A stretch of 64,000 nt of DNA from Desulfobacterales bacterium (GCA_963674755.2 CAXXVS010000002.1:1600001-1664000); one strand, 5' to 3'. Shown: positions 10,645-23,298, counted from the first letter of the stretch. Numbers and translations are program-made. Notes: generated from the sequence alone by a model not told the origin.

Positions 10645-13296
10645 TTAAAGATGACGGATCAGCCCTTCCAGCAGGTCGCGGATATCCTTGGCGGGGAAGC
10701 AGAAGTGCATCTCCCGGAACCGTTTCCGCAAGGCGGCCACCTCGTCCTTGACCCGGCGCTGATCAGCCACCACATCATGGATCAACTGGGCCAGGGTCTG
10801 CATGTCGGCCTCCTGCATGCCGAAGCGGGTCATCTCGGCCACGCCCATGCGCAGGGCCCCCGAAGCGGTAAAGCCTTCCTCGGTGGGGCCGGCCTGGTAG
10901 TTGACGATGAGGTTGTTGTCCTCCAGACGCCGGGCGACTTCAGGGCCCCGGCCGTAGCCCACCTGCACGATCACCTGGTGGGTTTCCGTATAGCCCATGG
11001 CCGCATCGCCGGCCACGTCCAACCCGGTATCCTTGAGGGCCGCCGCCAGCGCTTTGGCATTGGCGAGGACCTGGCGCTGGTAGGGATCCTTGAAGGCGTT
11101 CATCTCATAGGCCGCCATCAGCAGCCCCAGGAGGGTGCCCAGGTGGTGATTGCTGACGCTGCCCGGAAAGGCGCGCCGCTGGATGGCCTGCCACAGGGCC
11201 CAGGTTTCATCTTCCAGCCGGACATCCGCGCCCACGATCCCGCGCTGGGTGCCGAAAAAAGTCTTGTGGGTGGATCCCGTGACCAGATCGGCCCCCTCCT
11301 TGAACGGCTCCTGAAAGTGGGGACCGGCCAATCCCAGGACATGGGCCATGTCGTACATGAGGACGGTTTTAAGGCCCATCTCATCCACCAGGGCGCGGAT
11401 TTCTTTCACCGGTTCCTTGTGAAGGGTCATGCTCCGGCCGAAAATAACCAGTTCCGGGCGATAGGTCTCAAGCAGTTCCCGGCAGGCGGCCACATCCACC
11501 TGAAAGGGATTGTCGGCCAGGACCGGGAAGTTCACCACGGCCGGCTTTTCGGTACGGGGGTCCCGGGCCACGAAGTCCCGCAGGGCGCCCATGGGCTGGG
11601 CGCTGAGATGCCCCCCTTTGATAATGTGATGATTCATGACGGGGCGTATGCGGCGTGGTTCCCGCCGGCGATCCGTGCGGTTCAGGTAATCGACCATGGC
11701 GCTGAAAACGGCCGTGTTGGCCATCTGTCCGGAAATCAGGCGGGTCTCCACCTCGCGGCAGCCCAGAAAGCTGCGCATCTCAGCGGCCAGCAGGGCCTCA
11801 GTTTGGGCGATGAATTCGGTTCCCTGGTAGTAGAACACGTCGCGGTCTTCCAGGGCGGCCACGGTCTTGTGTTCGGCATAGCGGCCCACCGGATCCATGA
11901 TGGAGAGCAGCCGCGTCAGCCGGGACATGGTCTGCTCCGAGGGGATCAGGTTGATGCAGTCCTCCTGCCGCCAGGCCGTGTTGGCGATTGCTTTTTCCAC
12001 CAGCAAACGGGCTTTCTGCAGCCCCTGGGCCTCATCATAGCGTGTTTTGATATCAGGATGCAGCTGCTCGTAAAGGATGGGGCGCGCCAGGGGCGGCGCC
12101 TCGGCCCTCAGGTGATAGGGCACCACCAGGGCGCCATGACGCTTGCCGCGGATGTCCACCTCCAGAGCATCCCCTTCCCGCAAGTCGCTGTCGAGCAGGG
12201 CCAGCCCGATGGCCCGGCGTCCTTTTTCTTCGGTCATCCGGGCCTCGATCCCTTCTCCCTGATAGCGCCAGTAAGGGACCATGGTACCGCTGGTGACATA
12301 GCCGGCCGGACCGCTGTTACGATAGACCAGCGCTCCGGCCCGGGCGATCCCTTTTCCGGAAATCGCGATCGGCATCACCAGCTGGGGCAGATCTTTGTTA
12401 CGCGTGTAATCCTGCCGTTGAATGCGCTTCCAGGCGGCAAACTGCCGGGCCAGGGCTTCCCGGCCGATATAATCGCCTTTCAGGGAGGCAAAGCTGACGG
12501 CGAAACGGGCCAGGCTGCAGGCGAAGATCGGAATCGGGCGGCCGTCCTTGTCCGGACCGAGTTCATGGCCATAAAGGGGCAAACCGGCTTCCAGGCGCAG
12601 AGTGTCGCGGGCTCCGAGCCCCACGGGTATGGCCCCCTGCGCCATGAGGGCCCGCCAGATGGTATCGGCATGCTCCGCCGGGAAAAACAATTCGAACCCC
12701 AGGGGCTCGCCGGTGTAGCCCGTGCGGGCCAGCCAGACTTCCGCCGCGCCGATGCGCGCCAGGCTGAGGGCATTTTTTTCCGGCTCCGGCACCCTGCCGG
12801 CGGTTAGCAGCGCTTGCAGGACGACTTTGGATTGGGGTCCCTGCAAACTGATCATGGCCAAGTCCGTCGAGCGATCCGTCATTTCCAGATCTTCGAAGGC
12901 GGCGCCGACCGTCTGCAAATGGGCCCAGTCCTTCGCGCGGTTGGCGGCATTGACCACCAACAAATAGTCTTTGGCATGAAAACGATAGAGATAGGCGTCA
13001 TCGACGGCGCCGCCGTCTTCATCCGGGATCATGGTGTACTGGCTTTGTCCCACATCGAGAGCGGCGGCATTGTTGGTCAGCACCTTCTGCAGAAAGGCCA
13101 GGGCCGACGCCCCGCCCACGGCAAAACGCCCCATGTGGGAAACATCGAAAATGCCGGCGGTCCGGCGGGTCATCAGGTGCTCGTGCAGGATGCCCTCAGG
13201 ATACTGCACCGGCATGTGCCAGCCGCCAAAATCCACCATGGTGGCACCCAGCTCCTCATGAAGGTCGTGCAATACGGTTTGCAGGAGTTCCGTCAT
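10645..13296 (-). CDS. gcvT-glyA: fused glycine cleavage T protein / serine hydroxymethyltransferase
   Basis: GcvT motifs (FDVSHMG, RTGYTGE, GARDTLRLEAG) followed by SHMT motifs (INLIPSE, YDMAHVLGL, GSTHKTFFG, ALRMG). Confidence 0.9.
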   Translation of the reverse strand: MTELLQTVLHDLHEELGATMVDFGGWHMPVQYPEGILHEHLMTRRTAGIFDVSHMGRFAVGGASALAFLQKVLTNNAAALDVGQSQYTMIPDEDGGAVDDAYLYRFHAKDYLLVVNAANRAKDWAHLQTVGAAFEDLEMTDRSTDLAMISLQGPQSKVVLQALLTAGRVPEPEKNALSLARIGAAEVWLARTGYTGEPLGFELFFPAEHADTIWRALMAQGAIPVGLGARDTLRLEAGLPLYGHELGPDKDGRPIPIFACSLARFAVSFASLKGDYIGREALARQFAAWKRIQRQDYTRNKDLPQLVMPIAISGKGIARAGALVYRNSGPAGYVTSGTMVPYWRYQGEGIEARMTEEKGRRAIGLALLDSDLREGDALEVDIRGKRHGALVVPYHLRAEAPPLARPILYEQLHPDIKTRYDEAQGLQKARLLVEKAIANTAWRQEDCINLIPSEQTMSRLTRLLSIMDPVGRYAEHKTVAALEDRDVFYYQGTEFIAQTEALLAAEMRSFLGCREVETRLISGQMANTAVFSAMVDYLNRTDRRREPRRIRPVMNHHIIKGGHLSAQPMGALRDFVARDPRTEKPAVVNFPVLADNPFQVDVAACRELLETYRPELVIFGRSMTLHKEPVKEIRALVDEMGLKTVLMYDMAHVLGLAGPHFQEPFKEGADLVTGSTHKTFFGTQRGIVGADVRLEDETWALWQAIQRRAFPGSVSNHHLGTLLGLLMAAYEMNAFKDPYQRQVLANAKALAAALKDTGLDVAGDAAMGYTETHQVIVQVGYGRGPEVARRLEDNNLIVNYQAGPTEEGFTASGALRMGVAEMTRFGMQEADMQTLAQLIHDVVADQRRVKDEVAALRKRFREMHFCFPAKDIRDLLEGLIRHL

Positions 13297-13385
13297 GGGT
13301 TGTTCCTTTCCTTTGAATGGTGCGGTCCGCAGCGCGTGGCGCACGAGGGTGAAAAGTATGGCCCTTCACCATACAGCCAGGCCCA

Positions 13386-13463
13386 TCATTCGAACCTTAC
13401 GGTCGTTGCATATGCTTGGACAGGAGATTTCGCAGCCGAACAGGTGCGTATGACTTTCCTCAT
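13386..13463 (-). CDS. candidate leader peptide MRKVIRTCSAAKSPVQAYATTVRFE
   Basis: 25-codon ORF in the gcvT leader ending in TGA and followed by hairpins; no SD. Confidence 0.4.
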   Translation of the reverse strand: MRKVIRTCSAAKSPVQAYATTVRFE

Positions 13464-13524
13464 ATTACAGTGGGATCGAATTTACCAGAGGTGTTGGCTA
13501 AGGGGAAGAGGGACGGGGTCTGCT

Positions 13525-13782
13525 GTCAGTGCCCATCCAGCGGTGGTCGATTTTGGTTTCTGGCCCCGCCGCCCAGCGCGGGATATCCCGTCTGATCGTT
13601 GAACCCGCCGGTGCTCGACAAAACGCCGTCGACGGGCGCCCACAGGTGTAGCCCGACTACGCCGAGGACCGGCGGAAGGCGCGAACGCCGATTTGTCCGC
13701 CAAGGGGGGGGCTTATTCGGGGATCCGGTCCACCGGCGTCGGGCCGGGGGCCAAAAGATGCCATTAAGGGATGGGCACTGAC
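13525..13782. repeat. MITE-like element, copy 1
   Basis: 14-bp terminal IR GTCAGTGCCCATCC/GGATGGGCACTGAC; homologous to 49827-50055. Confidence 0.75.
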
Positions 13783-13858
13783 GGGTAATACCCTGCGGGC
13801 GATGATGCCGCGATGGCCAGGAGCGTCCCGGCGGCGGCCGGTCAATGGTTTGCCGATC

Positions 13859-14176
13859 TCACGTAATGATCACGATTTCAGGCAAATCGTGCAGTTTCTG
13901 CCACACGCGCCGCAGAATGATCATGGCAGGATCGGTATTTTCCCCGACGTCGGAAACCCGGGCCATACAGGATTCCAATAAATCCTCGTTGCCGGTCCAA
14001 ATTTTGAACTCATCCAGCACATATTGGGCAACCGAATCGTAAAGACGTAAAAAATCGTTTTCGGTCATGCTCGACAGGGTTACCATTTCTTTGGGCGGAA
14101 GATCGGCAATCAGCAGATCGGCTACTTCGTCGACCGTCCGCGGGAGGTCTGGTTTGAATGGCTTTTCGTACATCAT
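13859..14176 (-). CDS. hypothetical protein (DUF6794-like)
   Basis: LPRTVDEVADLLI...NEDLLESC...IILRRVWQKL pattern, recognised from memory. Confidence 0.6.
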   Translation of the reverse strand: MMYEKPFKPDLPRTVDEVADLLIADLPPKEMVTLSSMTENDFLRLYDSVAQYVLDEFKIWTGNEDLLESCMARVSDVGENTDPAMIILRRVWQKLHDLPEIVIIT

Positions 14177-14240
14177 GGGTCTCAGAATTCCTTGGTTATG
14201 TGGACACTCACTACAGCCATCATAGGCTGTGGAGGTAGTT

Positions 14241-14256
14241 TTCAAAACCTGTGCCA
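14241..14256 (-). promoter_or_regulatory. sigma54-like promoter
   Basis: Minus strand TGGCACAGGTTTTGAA: perfect -24 box with GA instead of GC at -12. Confidence 0.5.
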
Positions 14257-14566
14257 AATTCCGCCGTTTTTCCATCGTAGTTCTTATACCTGTGTTTTCA
14301 AAGCGTTAGGGCCTAACATGCGATCTTGGCGTCAGGTACTGAACGCGGCTTGATGTTGCCGACCCCACAATTTTGTGCTGTTGACGTCATGTTTTTGACG
14401 AAATTGCGTGATCGATGAGTGGTTTCGCATCCTGATCCCCCCTATGGCGATGCTACCCCGCCGGGGCCAAAACTCGGCCTTTAATGAAAAAACTATGGCG
14501 GAAAACAACGGTCGCAAGCGTTAGACCGGTAAAATAAGGTTATCCACCCACGATAAAAGCCGACCA

Positions 14567-14608
14567 TTGACAAGGATGTCGGCAATTATTATGAATGGGT
14601 CACCCATT
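14567..14608 (+). promoter_or_regulatory. sigma70 promoter with palindromic operator
   Basis: TTGACA -35, AT-rich -10 region and palindrome AATGGGT-C-ACCCATT (14594-14608) upstream of the GntR/FadR gene. Confidence 0.6.
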
Positions 14609-14690
14609 AACATAGATCCGGTTTAGGGGTTCATCGCCCCGCTAATTGTGGGATGTAAAGGCCGAACCGGCACTTCTCCGAGAAGAGACC

Positions 14691-15449
14691 ATGTTCCGTA
14701 AAACCCCTCACAACCGCATTTTCCAGGATTTGGTCGGACAAATCCAGGAAGCGATTCTGGACGGCCGTTTGCAGCCCGGCGACAAACTGCCGTCACAAAG
14801 GGAGCTGGTTGCGATGTTTCAGACCAGTCGTGCATCCATTCGGGAAGCCCTGCGCGTACTGGAACAAAAGGGGCTGATCGAGGTCAAGCTGGGCGTCAGC
14901 GGCGGGGCGGTCGTCAAGAACGCCGGCACCGAACCCATTACGGAATCGTTGAAACTGCTGCTCCATCAAAACCAGGTCTCCAGGGAACATCTGGCGGCGT
15001 TCAGGGAAAGTATTGAAGGCGATGTAGCCGCCAGCGCTGCGCGTCGGGCGGGACCTGATGAAATCCAGCGGCTGGAGTCTATTCTGTCTGAGGCCGGAGC
15101 TTGCCTCGAAGATGCGAAGGCCCTGCCCCAGGATTTTCTTCGCACGGACATCCGTCTGCACATCGCCCTGGCCGAGATTTCCGGCAATCCGATCTTTGTT
15201 GCGGTGACCCGAATGGTGCATGAGACCATCCTCGGCTTGTACGACCGCTTCACCTTGCGTCGTCGTGATGTGCTGGAAGAAAATTATCGCGATCTCTGCG
15301 ACCTGGTCGACGCCGTCAAAAAAGGCCAACCCGAACAGGCCCGCCGCCTCGCCTTGCAGCATGTGCAGCGCTTTAACCGGCATCTCCAAACAGCAGCAAA
15401 GACTTCGCGCGAATCCGTATCCCCGGCCGATCGGCCTTTACAGGATTGA
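14691..15449 (+). CDS. GntR/FadR family transcriptional regulator
   Basis: [31 protein letters not shown] wHTH plus FCD domain (DIRLHIAL...SGNP). Confidence 0.92.
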   Translation: MFRKTPHNRIFQDLVGQIQEAILDGRLQPGDKLPSQRELVAMFQTSRASIREALRVLEQKGLIEVKLGVSGGAVVKNAGTEPITESLKLLLHQNQVSREHLAAFRESIEGDVAASAARRAGPDEIQRLESILSEAGACLEDAKALPQDFLRTDIRLHIALAEISGNPIFVAVTRMVHETILGLYDRFTLRRRDVLEENYRDLCDLVDAVKKGQPEQARRLALQHVQRFNRHLQTAAKTSRESVSPADRPLQD

Positions 15450-15525
15450 AGAGCCGCAAGCCGGCCGCCATGGCCCCGACCGGTTGCTTATAATGGATCG
15501 AAAATTATCAAAGGCAGGAGGAACC

Positions 15526-16728
15526 ATGAACTCGCAGGACTACATCGAGCTTGAGAATCGTTATGGCGCCCACAACTACAAACCTCTGGACGTCGTGCTG
15601 ACGCGGGGCCAGGGCATCTGGGTCTGGGATGTGGAAGGCAAACGCTATCTGGACTGCCTTTCGGCCTATTCGGCCGTCAATCAGGGGCACTGCCACCCGG
15701 CCATCATGCAGACCATGGCGGATCAGGCCCGGCTGTTGACCCTCACCTCACGGGCCTTCCGCAATGATCAACTGGGCCTCCTCTACAAAGACGTCTGCGA
15801 GCTGACCCACTCCCATAAAATGCTCCCCATGAACAGCGGGGCGGAAGCGGTCGAGACGGTGATCAAAGCGGTCCGCAAGTGGGGCTACAAGGTCAAGGGC
15901 GTGCCGGACGACCAGGCGGAAATCATCGTATGCCGCAACAATTTTCACGGTCGTACCATCACCATCGTGGGCTTCAGTTCGGACCCGGGCTCCCGGGACG
16001 GCTTCGGCCCGTTTACGCCCGGATTCAAAACCGTGCCCTTCGGCGATGCCGAGGCCCTGGCGAATGCCATCACACCCAACACCGTCGGTTTTCTGGTGGA
16101 GCCCATTCAGGGTGAAGCCGGGGTCATCATCCCCCCGGAGGGCTATCTGCGCCGGGCCAAACAGCTCTGCGAGCAGCACAATGTCGTTCTGATCCTGGAT
16201 GAAATCCAGACCGGTCTGGGCCGCACGGGCAAACTGCTGGCCGAGGAGCACGAGGGCGTCGAAGCGGATCTGACCCTGGTGGGCAAGGCGCTCTCCGGCG
16301 GCTACTATCCGGTATCGGCGGTCCTTTCCAATAAAGAAGTCATGGATGTCTTGCGCCCCGGCGAACACGGCAGCACCTTTGGGGGCAATCCCCTGGCCTG
16401 TGCCGTAGCCCGCACGGCCCTGCGGGTCCTGGTGGAGGAAGGCATGATCGAAAATGCCGCCCGAATGGGGGCCTACTTCCTGGAAGCCCTGCAGTCCCTT
16501 GGTTCACATAAGATAAAGGAAATCCGCGGCAAGGGGCTGATGATCGGCGTCGAATTGGTGCCGGATGCCGGAGGGGCCCGGCAGTACAGCGAAAAATTGA
16601 TGGCCGAAGGCATCCTTTGCAAGGAGACCCACGAGCATATCCTGCGCTTCGCCCCGCCCCTGGTGATCACCCGGGAGGACATCGACTGGGCCATGGAAAG
16701 GATTGCAAAAGTGCTGCGGGCCGATTAA
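15526..16728 (+). CDS. rocD: ornithine aminotransferase
   Basis: [41 protein letters not shown] and [18 protein letters not shown]. Confidence 0.95.
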   Translation: MNSQDYIELENRYGAHNYKPLDVVLTRGQGIWVWDVEGKRYLDCLSAYSAVNQGHCHPAIMQTMADQARLLTLTSRAFRNDQLGLLYKDVCELTHSHKMLPMNSGAEAVETVIKAVRKWGYKVKGVPDDQAEIIVCRNNFHGRTITIVGFSSDPGSRDGFGPFTPGFKTVPFGDAEALANAITPNTVGFLVEPIQGEAGVIIPPEGYLRRAKQLCEQHNVVLILDEIQTGLGRTGKLLAEEHEGVEADLTLVGKALSGGYYPVSAVLSNKEVMDVLRPGEHGSTFGGNPLACAVARTALRVLVEEGMIENAARMGAYFLEALQSLGSHKIKEIRGKGLMIGVELVPDAGGARQYSEKLMAEGILCKETHEHILRFAPPLVITREDIDWAMERIAKVLRAD

Positions 16729-17763
<1,035 letters not shown>

Positions 17764-17782
17764 AAAAAGGAGCACGCACGGG

Positions 17783-19102
17783 ATGATCGAAAACGTCATC
17801 ATCATGGGAGCGGCCGGCCGGGATTTCCACAATTTCAACATCTATTTCAAAAACAATCCGCGCTACCGGGTGGTGGCCTTCACGGCCGCCCAGATCCCCG
17901 ATATCGACGACCGCCTCTATCCGCCGGCCCTGGCCGGAGAGCTCTACCCGGAAGGCGTGCCCATCTACGATGAAAACGAACTGGCCGCCTTGATCCGCAA
18001 ACACAAGGTGGATCTGGTGGCCTTCTCCTACAGCGATGTCCCCCACGAGGCGGTCATGCACAAGGCCTCCCTGGCCATGGCCGAAGGCGCCGATTTCATC
18101 CTGATCGGGGCCACCTACACCATGCTGCGCTCCCGCAAACCCGTCGTGGCGGTCTGCGCCGTGCGCACCGGCTGCGGCAAATCCCAGACCACCCGCAAGG
18201 TCTGCCGCATCGCCCGAGACCGGGGCCAGCGCGTGGTGGCGGTCCGCCACCCCATGCCCTACGGCGATCTGACCCAGCAGGTGGTGCAGCGCTTTGCGAA
18301 TATCGAGGACTTCGACCGCCACCGGTGCACCATCGAGGAACGCGAGGAGTACGAGCCGTTGGTGGACCAGGGAATCGTGGTTTACGCCGGTATCGATTAC
18401 CAGGCCATCCTGGCGGAAGCTGAAAAGGAGGCCGATATCATCGTCTGGGACGGCGGCAACAACGACACCCCCTTCTATCGCCCCAACGTCCACATCGTGG
18501 TCTTCGATCCCCATCGCGCCGGCCATGAATGCCGCTACTACCCGGGCGAAACCAATATGATCATGGCCCATATCGCGGTCATCAACAAGGTGGACAGCGC
18601 CGATCCCCAGCAGGTGGCCATCGTGCGCCAAAACATTGTCGAACACGCACCCGAGGCCGATATCGTGCTGGCAGAATCCGCCATCCTGGTCGACGCGCCG
18701 GAACGGATCAAGGGCCAGCGGGTGCTGGTGGTGGAGGACGGCCCCACCCTGACCCACGGCGGGATGTCCTTCGGGGCCGGCACCATCGCGGCCCGGCGCT
18801 ACGGTGCGGCGGAAATTGTGGAAGCCGCCCGGTTTGCCGTGGGCCGCATCCGCGACACCTACGCCCAATATCCCCATATCCGTCAGGAACTCCCGGCCAT
18901 GGGCTATGGCCGGCAGCAGATCCGGGATCTCGAGGAGACCATCCGGCGGGCCGACTGCGATCTGGTCCTGTGCGCAACCCCCGTCAATCTGCCGCGGCTG
19001 CTCGACATCGACCGCCCCACCCTCCGGGTGCGCTATGAATACCAGGACGCCCCCCAGGGGCCCCGGCTGGAGGACGTCCTCACACGGCGTCTCGGAATCT
19101 GA
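17783..19102 (+). CDS. arcE: cyclic 2,3-DPG synthetase-like P-loop protein, probable arginine synthetase (ArcE type)
   Basis: GAAGRDFHNFN, P-loop VRTGCGKS, TIEEREEYEP, WDGGNND and VEDGPTLTHGGM; lies between OTC and carbamate kinase. Confidence 0.75.
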   Translation: MIENVIIMGAAGRDFHNFNIYFKNNPRYRVVAFTAAQIPDIDDRLYPPALAGELYPEGVPIYDENELAALIRKHKVDLVAFSYSDVPHEAVMHKASLAMAEGADFILIGATYTMLRSRKPVVAVCAVRTGCGKSQTTRKVCRIARDRGQRVVAVRHPMPYGDLTQQVVQRFANIEDFDRHRCTIEEREEYEPLVDQGIVVYAGIDYQAILAEAEKEADIIVWDGGNNDTPFYRPNVHIVVFDPHRAGHECRYYPGETNMIMAHIAVINKVDSADPQQVAIVRQNIVEHAPEADIVLAESAILVDAPERIKGQRVLVVEDGPTLTHGGMSFGAGTIAARRYGAAEIVEAARFAVGRIRDTYAQYPHIRQELPAMGYGRQQIRDLEETIRRADCDLVLCATPVNLPRLLDIDRPTLRVRYEYQDAPQGPRLEDVLTRRLGI

Positions 19103-19126
19103 ACCCCCGCGAAAGGTCGTCATCCC

Positions 19127-20068
19127 ATGCCCCGCGCCCGGCCCTATGAAACGCTTTTGATTGCCCTGGGCGGCAATGCCCTCATTCGCAAGGGCCAGGC
19201 GGGCACCATCCGCGAGCAGTTCGACAATTTACACGACCCCATCCGCCAGATCGCCAAACTCTCACGCCGCTACCGGGTTATCATCACCCACGGCAACGGC
19301 CCCCAGGTGGGCAATCTTCTGTTGCAGCAGGAATGCTGCGATGCGGCCCCCCGCTTGCCCCTGGAAATCCTCGTGGCCCAGACCCAGGGGCAGATCGGCT
19401 ACATGATCGAATCCACCCTGGATACCGCACTCATGGAGCTGGGCGTGCATTTCAAACAACCGTTTATTACCCTCATCACTTATGTGGTGGTCAGTGAAAA
19501 AGATCCGGCTTTCAAGAATCCCACCAAACCCATCGGGCCCCTTCTGACCGAATCCCAGGCCACGGCCAGCCCGTTTCCGACGCGCCCAACCGCCAAGGGC
19601 TTCCGTCGGGTGGTGGCTTCGCCCCGGCCGGTCACGGTGGTGGAAAAACGGGAGATCCGCCAATTGACCGGCCTGGGGTTTATCGTGATCTGCTGCGGCG
19701 GGGGCGGGATTCCGGTCACCCGCGAAGGACGGTCTTTCAACGGGGTGGATGCGGTCATCGACAAGGATCTGGTGAGTGCCAAGCTGGCCGAAGAAATCGA
19801 GGCCGACCGCTTTGTCATCGCCACCGACGTCGAGGGGGCCGCGCTCCACTACGGTACACCGCAGGAGCAGTTTCTGCAGCGCATCACGGTTGGCGAGGCG
19901 GAGACCTACCTGCGGGAGGGTCATTTCCCACCCGGCTCCATGCAGCCTAAAATCGAGGCGGCCGCGGCCTTTGTCCGCCACGGCGGCCGGGAAGCGGTCA
20001 TTACCTCCCTGGCGCACATCGAAGCGGCGGTCCTGGGCTCGGCCGGCACCCGCATTAGCGCGGGTTAG
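19127..20068 (+). CDS. arcC: carbamate kinase
   Basis: ALGGNAL, THGNGPQVG, PTKPIG, RRVVASP, GGGGIPV, AVIDKD and GSMQPK. Confidence 0.96.
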   Translation: MPRARPYETLLIALGGNALIRKGQAGTIREQFDNLHDPIRQIAKLSRRYRVIITHGNGPQVGNLLLQQECCDAAPRLPLEILVAQTQGQIGYMIESTLDTALMELGVHFKQPFITLITYVVVSEKDPAFKNPTKPIGPLLTESQATASPFPTRPTAKGFRRVVASPRPVTVVEKREIRQLTGLGFIVICCGGGGIPVTREGRSFNGVDAVIDKDLVSAKLAEEIEADRFVIATDVEGAALHYGTPQEQFLQRITVGEAETYLREGHFPPGSMQPKIEAAAAFVRHGGREAVITSLAHIEAAVLGSAGTRISAG

Positions 20069-20117
20069 ACGGCGCGCAGACCGTCCCTGGCGCCTGGTTT
20101 GCCGGCTGACGCAATGC

Positions 20118-21242
20118 CTATTTCGAAGAAGTATAGGGCGCGGTCCGGGGATAAGGTGCCGTGAGGGAGCCGCTGTCCCGCACGGCCATCGTCAAAATCG
20201 GCTGCCCCGGGTAATAATAGACCCCATGGGTGCGGCCCAGAACGATGCCTTCGTGGGAAGAGCGGATGACCCCGTTGCCCACCGGGCGGCCCCATACATC
20301 CCGCATTTCGGCCACCACATCCCCCTTGCCCACGCGCATGCCTGCATCCACGAGATGGTGGACGATGCAGGCTTCCTGCACCCGCGGGGTCCGCATACGG
20401 CACACCGGATAACCCGGCCGGATCACCCGGATGTCCTCGATGGCCTCGGGCTCGTCATCGAGCATGCCGGCCCAGCGCATGACATTGCGCGTCCCGGCGC
20501 AGGCCGCCTTAATGATCACGGGGTCCGGCACCAGGCCGGTGCCCAATTCGGCGGTAAAGGCGGGAATACGGCTTTTCTGCAGCACCGACCCGGAGGCGGT
20601 GCGATGGAGGTCTTCGCGGATGTAAGTATCCGCCGGGTATTCGTTCACCACGGTATGGCCATAAGCGTTCACCATCTGATCTAACTGATCGGCCAGTTCC
20701 AGGGCCCGCTGATGATCGGCCGGATCGTCTTCCCGGTAGAGAATGCGATCCCGTAGCGCAAAGGACAGGGAACCGATCCAGGCATTGTGGAAGTCGATAA
20801 AATAATCCGCTGAGGCCACAATCTCCTCGTAGAGGCGGGCATAGGCCTTTTCAAGAGAGGAAGGCGGATCGCGGTCGGGATCGCCGGCCGGAAGGGCTTT
20901 GATTTCCGGCCAGATCCGGTTGGGATCGTCGGCGGCATGGTAGGGTTTGCGCTGCATGGTGCGGAGCCCGCCCGGATTCATGGCCGGCATGGCCACGATG
21001 GTGCCCTGCAACCGCCGCAGCAGATCCTCGTTGATCAAACGGTAGATGGCCAGGGGCCCCGCCTGCTCGGATCCGTGCACGCCGGCGATCAGCCACAGGC
21101 ACGGACCGGGCGCTGATCCCCGGGCCAAAATAACGGGGAAAAATTCCATGTTCCCGGTCGGGTGGGCCAGTGCTTCCCAGCGGCCGTATTGAATCTTGCC
21201 CGCTACGGCGGTGACATCGCCAACCGTCAGCTTTTCTGCCAT
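20118..21242 (-). CDS. succinylglutamate desuccinylase/aspartoacylase (M14-like) family
   Basis: AGVHGSE, DPNR, IDFH and TAELG motifs; C-terminal barrel-sandwich domain. Confidence 0.85.
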   Translation of the reverse strand: MAEKLTVGDVTAVAGKIQYGRWEALAHPTGNMEFFPVILARGSAPGPCLWLIAGVHGSEQAGPLAIYRLINEDLLRRLQGTIVAMPAMNPGGLRTMQRKPYHAADDPNRIWPEIKALPAGDPDRDPPSSLEKAYARLYEEIVASADYFIDFHNAWIGSLSFALRDRILYREDDPADHQRALELADQLDQMVNAYGHTVVNEYPADTYIREDLHRTASGSVLQKSRIPAFTAELGTGLVPDPVIIKAACAGTRNVMRWAGMLDDEPEAIEDIRVIRPGYPVCRMRTPRVQEACIVHHLVDAGMRVGKGDVVAEMRDVWGRPVGNGVIRSSHEGIVLGRTHGVYYYPGQPILTMAVRDSGSLTAPYPRTAPYTSSK

Positions 21243-21359
21243 GGTCTCCTCATCTCGTGATGCCGTGCCGCCAGGACCGGAAAAAACGTTTCCAGGAATT
21301 TTTTATCGACAGCCTCAATTTTAAGACGCGCTTGCGGCAACCGCAAGCAAGCGCCGCCT

Positions 21360-22919
<1,560 letters not shown>

Positions 22920-22956
22920 ATGCGTCCTCAGAAAAGCCGGTTTGAGTTGAGGGGGA

Positions 22957-22973
22957 TGTAAATCATGTTTACA
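22957..22973. promoter_or_regulatory. candidate enhancer palindrome TGTAAA-N5-TTTACA
   Basis: Palindrome about 150 bp upstream of the sigma54 promoter at 23125; further TTACA half-sites extend to 23086. Confidence 0.5.
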
Positions 22974-23124
22974 GCAAACCTTCCTCTGTATCAACAGCGT
23001 TTACACACCGTCACAGACTGTTTTGCCATTAAAAATTGCCCCCCTTACCATAACGTCCTGAAAAGAGTTGTTACAAAGCCGTTACAATCGCGGCCACCAC
23101 GATCCCCCGCCAGCCGGATTTAAC

Positions 23125-23140
23125 TGGCATCGATTATGCA
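23125..23140 (+). promoter_or_regulatory. sigma54 promoter of candidate sRNA
   Basis: TGGCATCGATTATGCA is GG-N10-GC. Confidence 0.65.
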
Positions 23141-23150
23141 GACCCTTTCA

Positions 23151-23298
23151 CCAGCCAACATGAATTTAGGGCACGACCCCAAGTGCAAAAGGGATCGTTG
23201 TTTTAACCAGCCCTCCTGAAGGATACGCCCAAACCTCTCCGCGTATTCTTCTACCCCGCCTGTCATCTGCCGGCTTTGACAGGCGGGGTTACTTTTTT
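23151..23298 (+). ncRNA. candidate sigma54-dependent sRNA (~145 nt)
   Basis: Bounded by a sigma54 promoter and a strong terminator; internal hairpin and anti-SD CCCTCCT. Confidence 0.5.
23253..23298 (+). terminator. intrinsic terminator
   Basis: ACCCCGCCTGTCA/TGACAGGCGGGGT 13-bp stem followed by TACTTTTTT. Confidence 0.8.

Noticed and set aside
10651..12807. Long antisense ORFs (also 25523-27766, 32334-34097, 37688-39643 and others)
   Set aside because: These are shadow frames of well-supported genes, expected in high-GC DNA.
13300..13500. Glycine or ZTP riboswitch upstream of gcvT-glyA
   Set aside because: No GGAGA/CCGAAG/CTCTCAGG or GCCTGGGC cores were found on the coding strand.
14540..14548. 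DnaA box / replication origin
   Set aside because: A single mismatched TTATCCACC with no cluster of boxes or origin-linked genes.
23136..23219. 27-codon ORF inside the candidate sRNA region
   Set aside because: Its ATG lies within the sigma54 promoter, upstream of the predicted TSS, and it has no SD.
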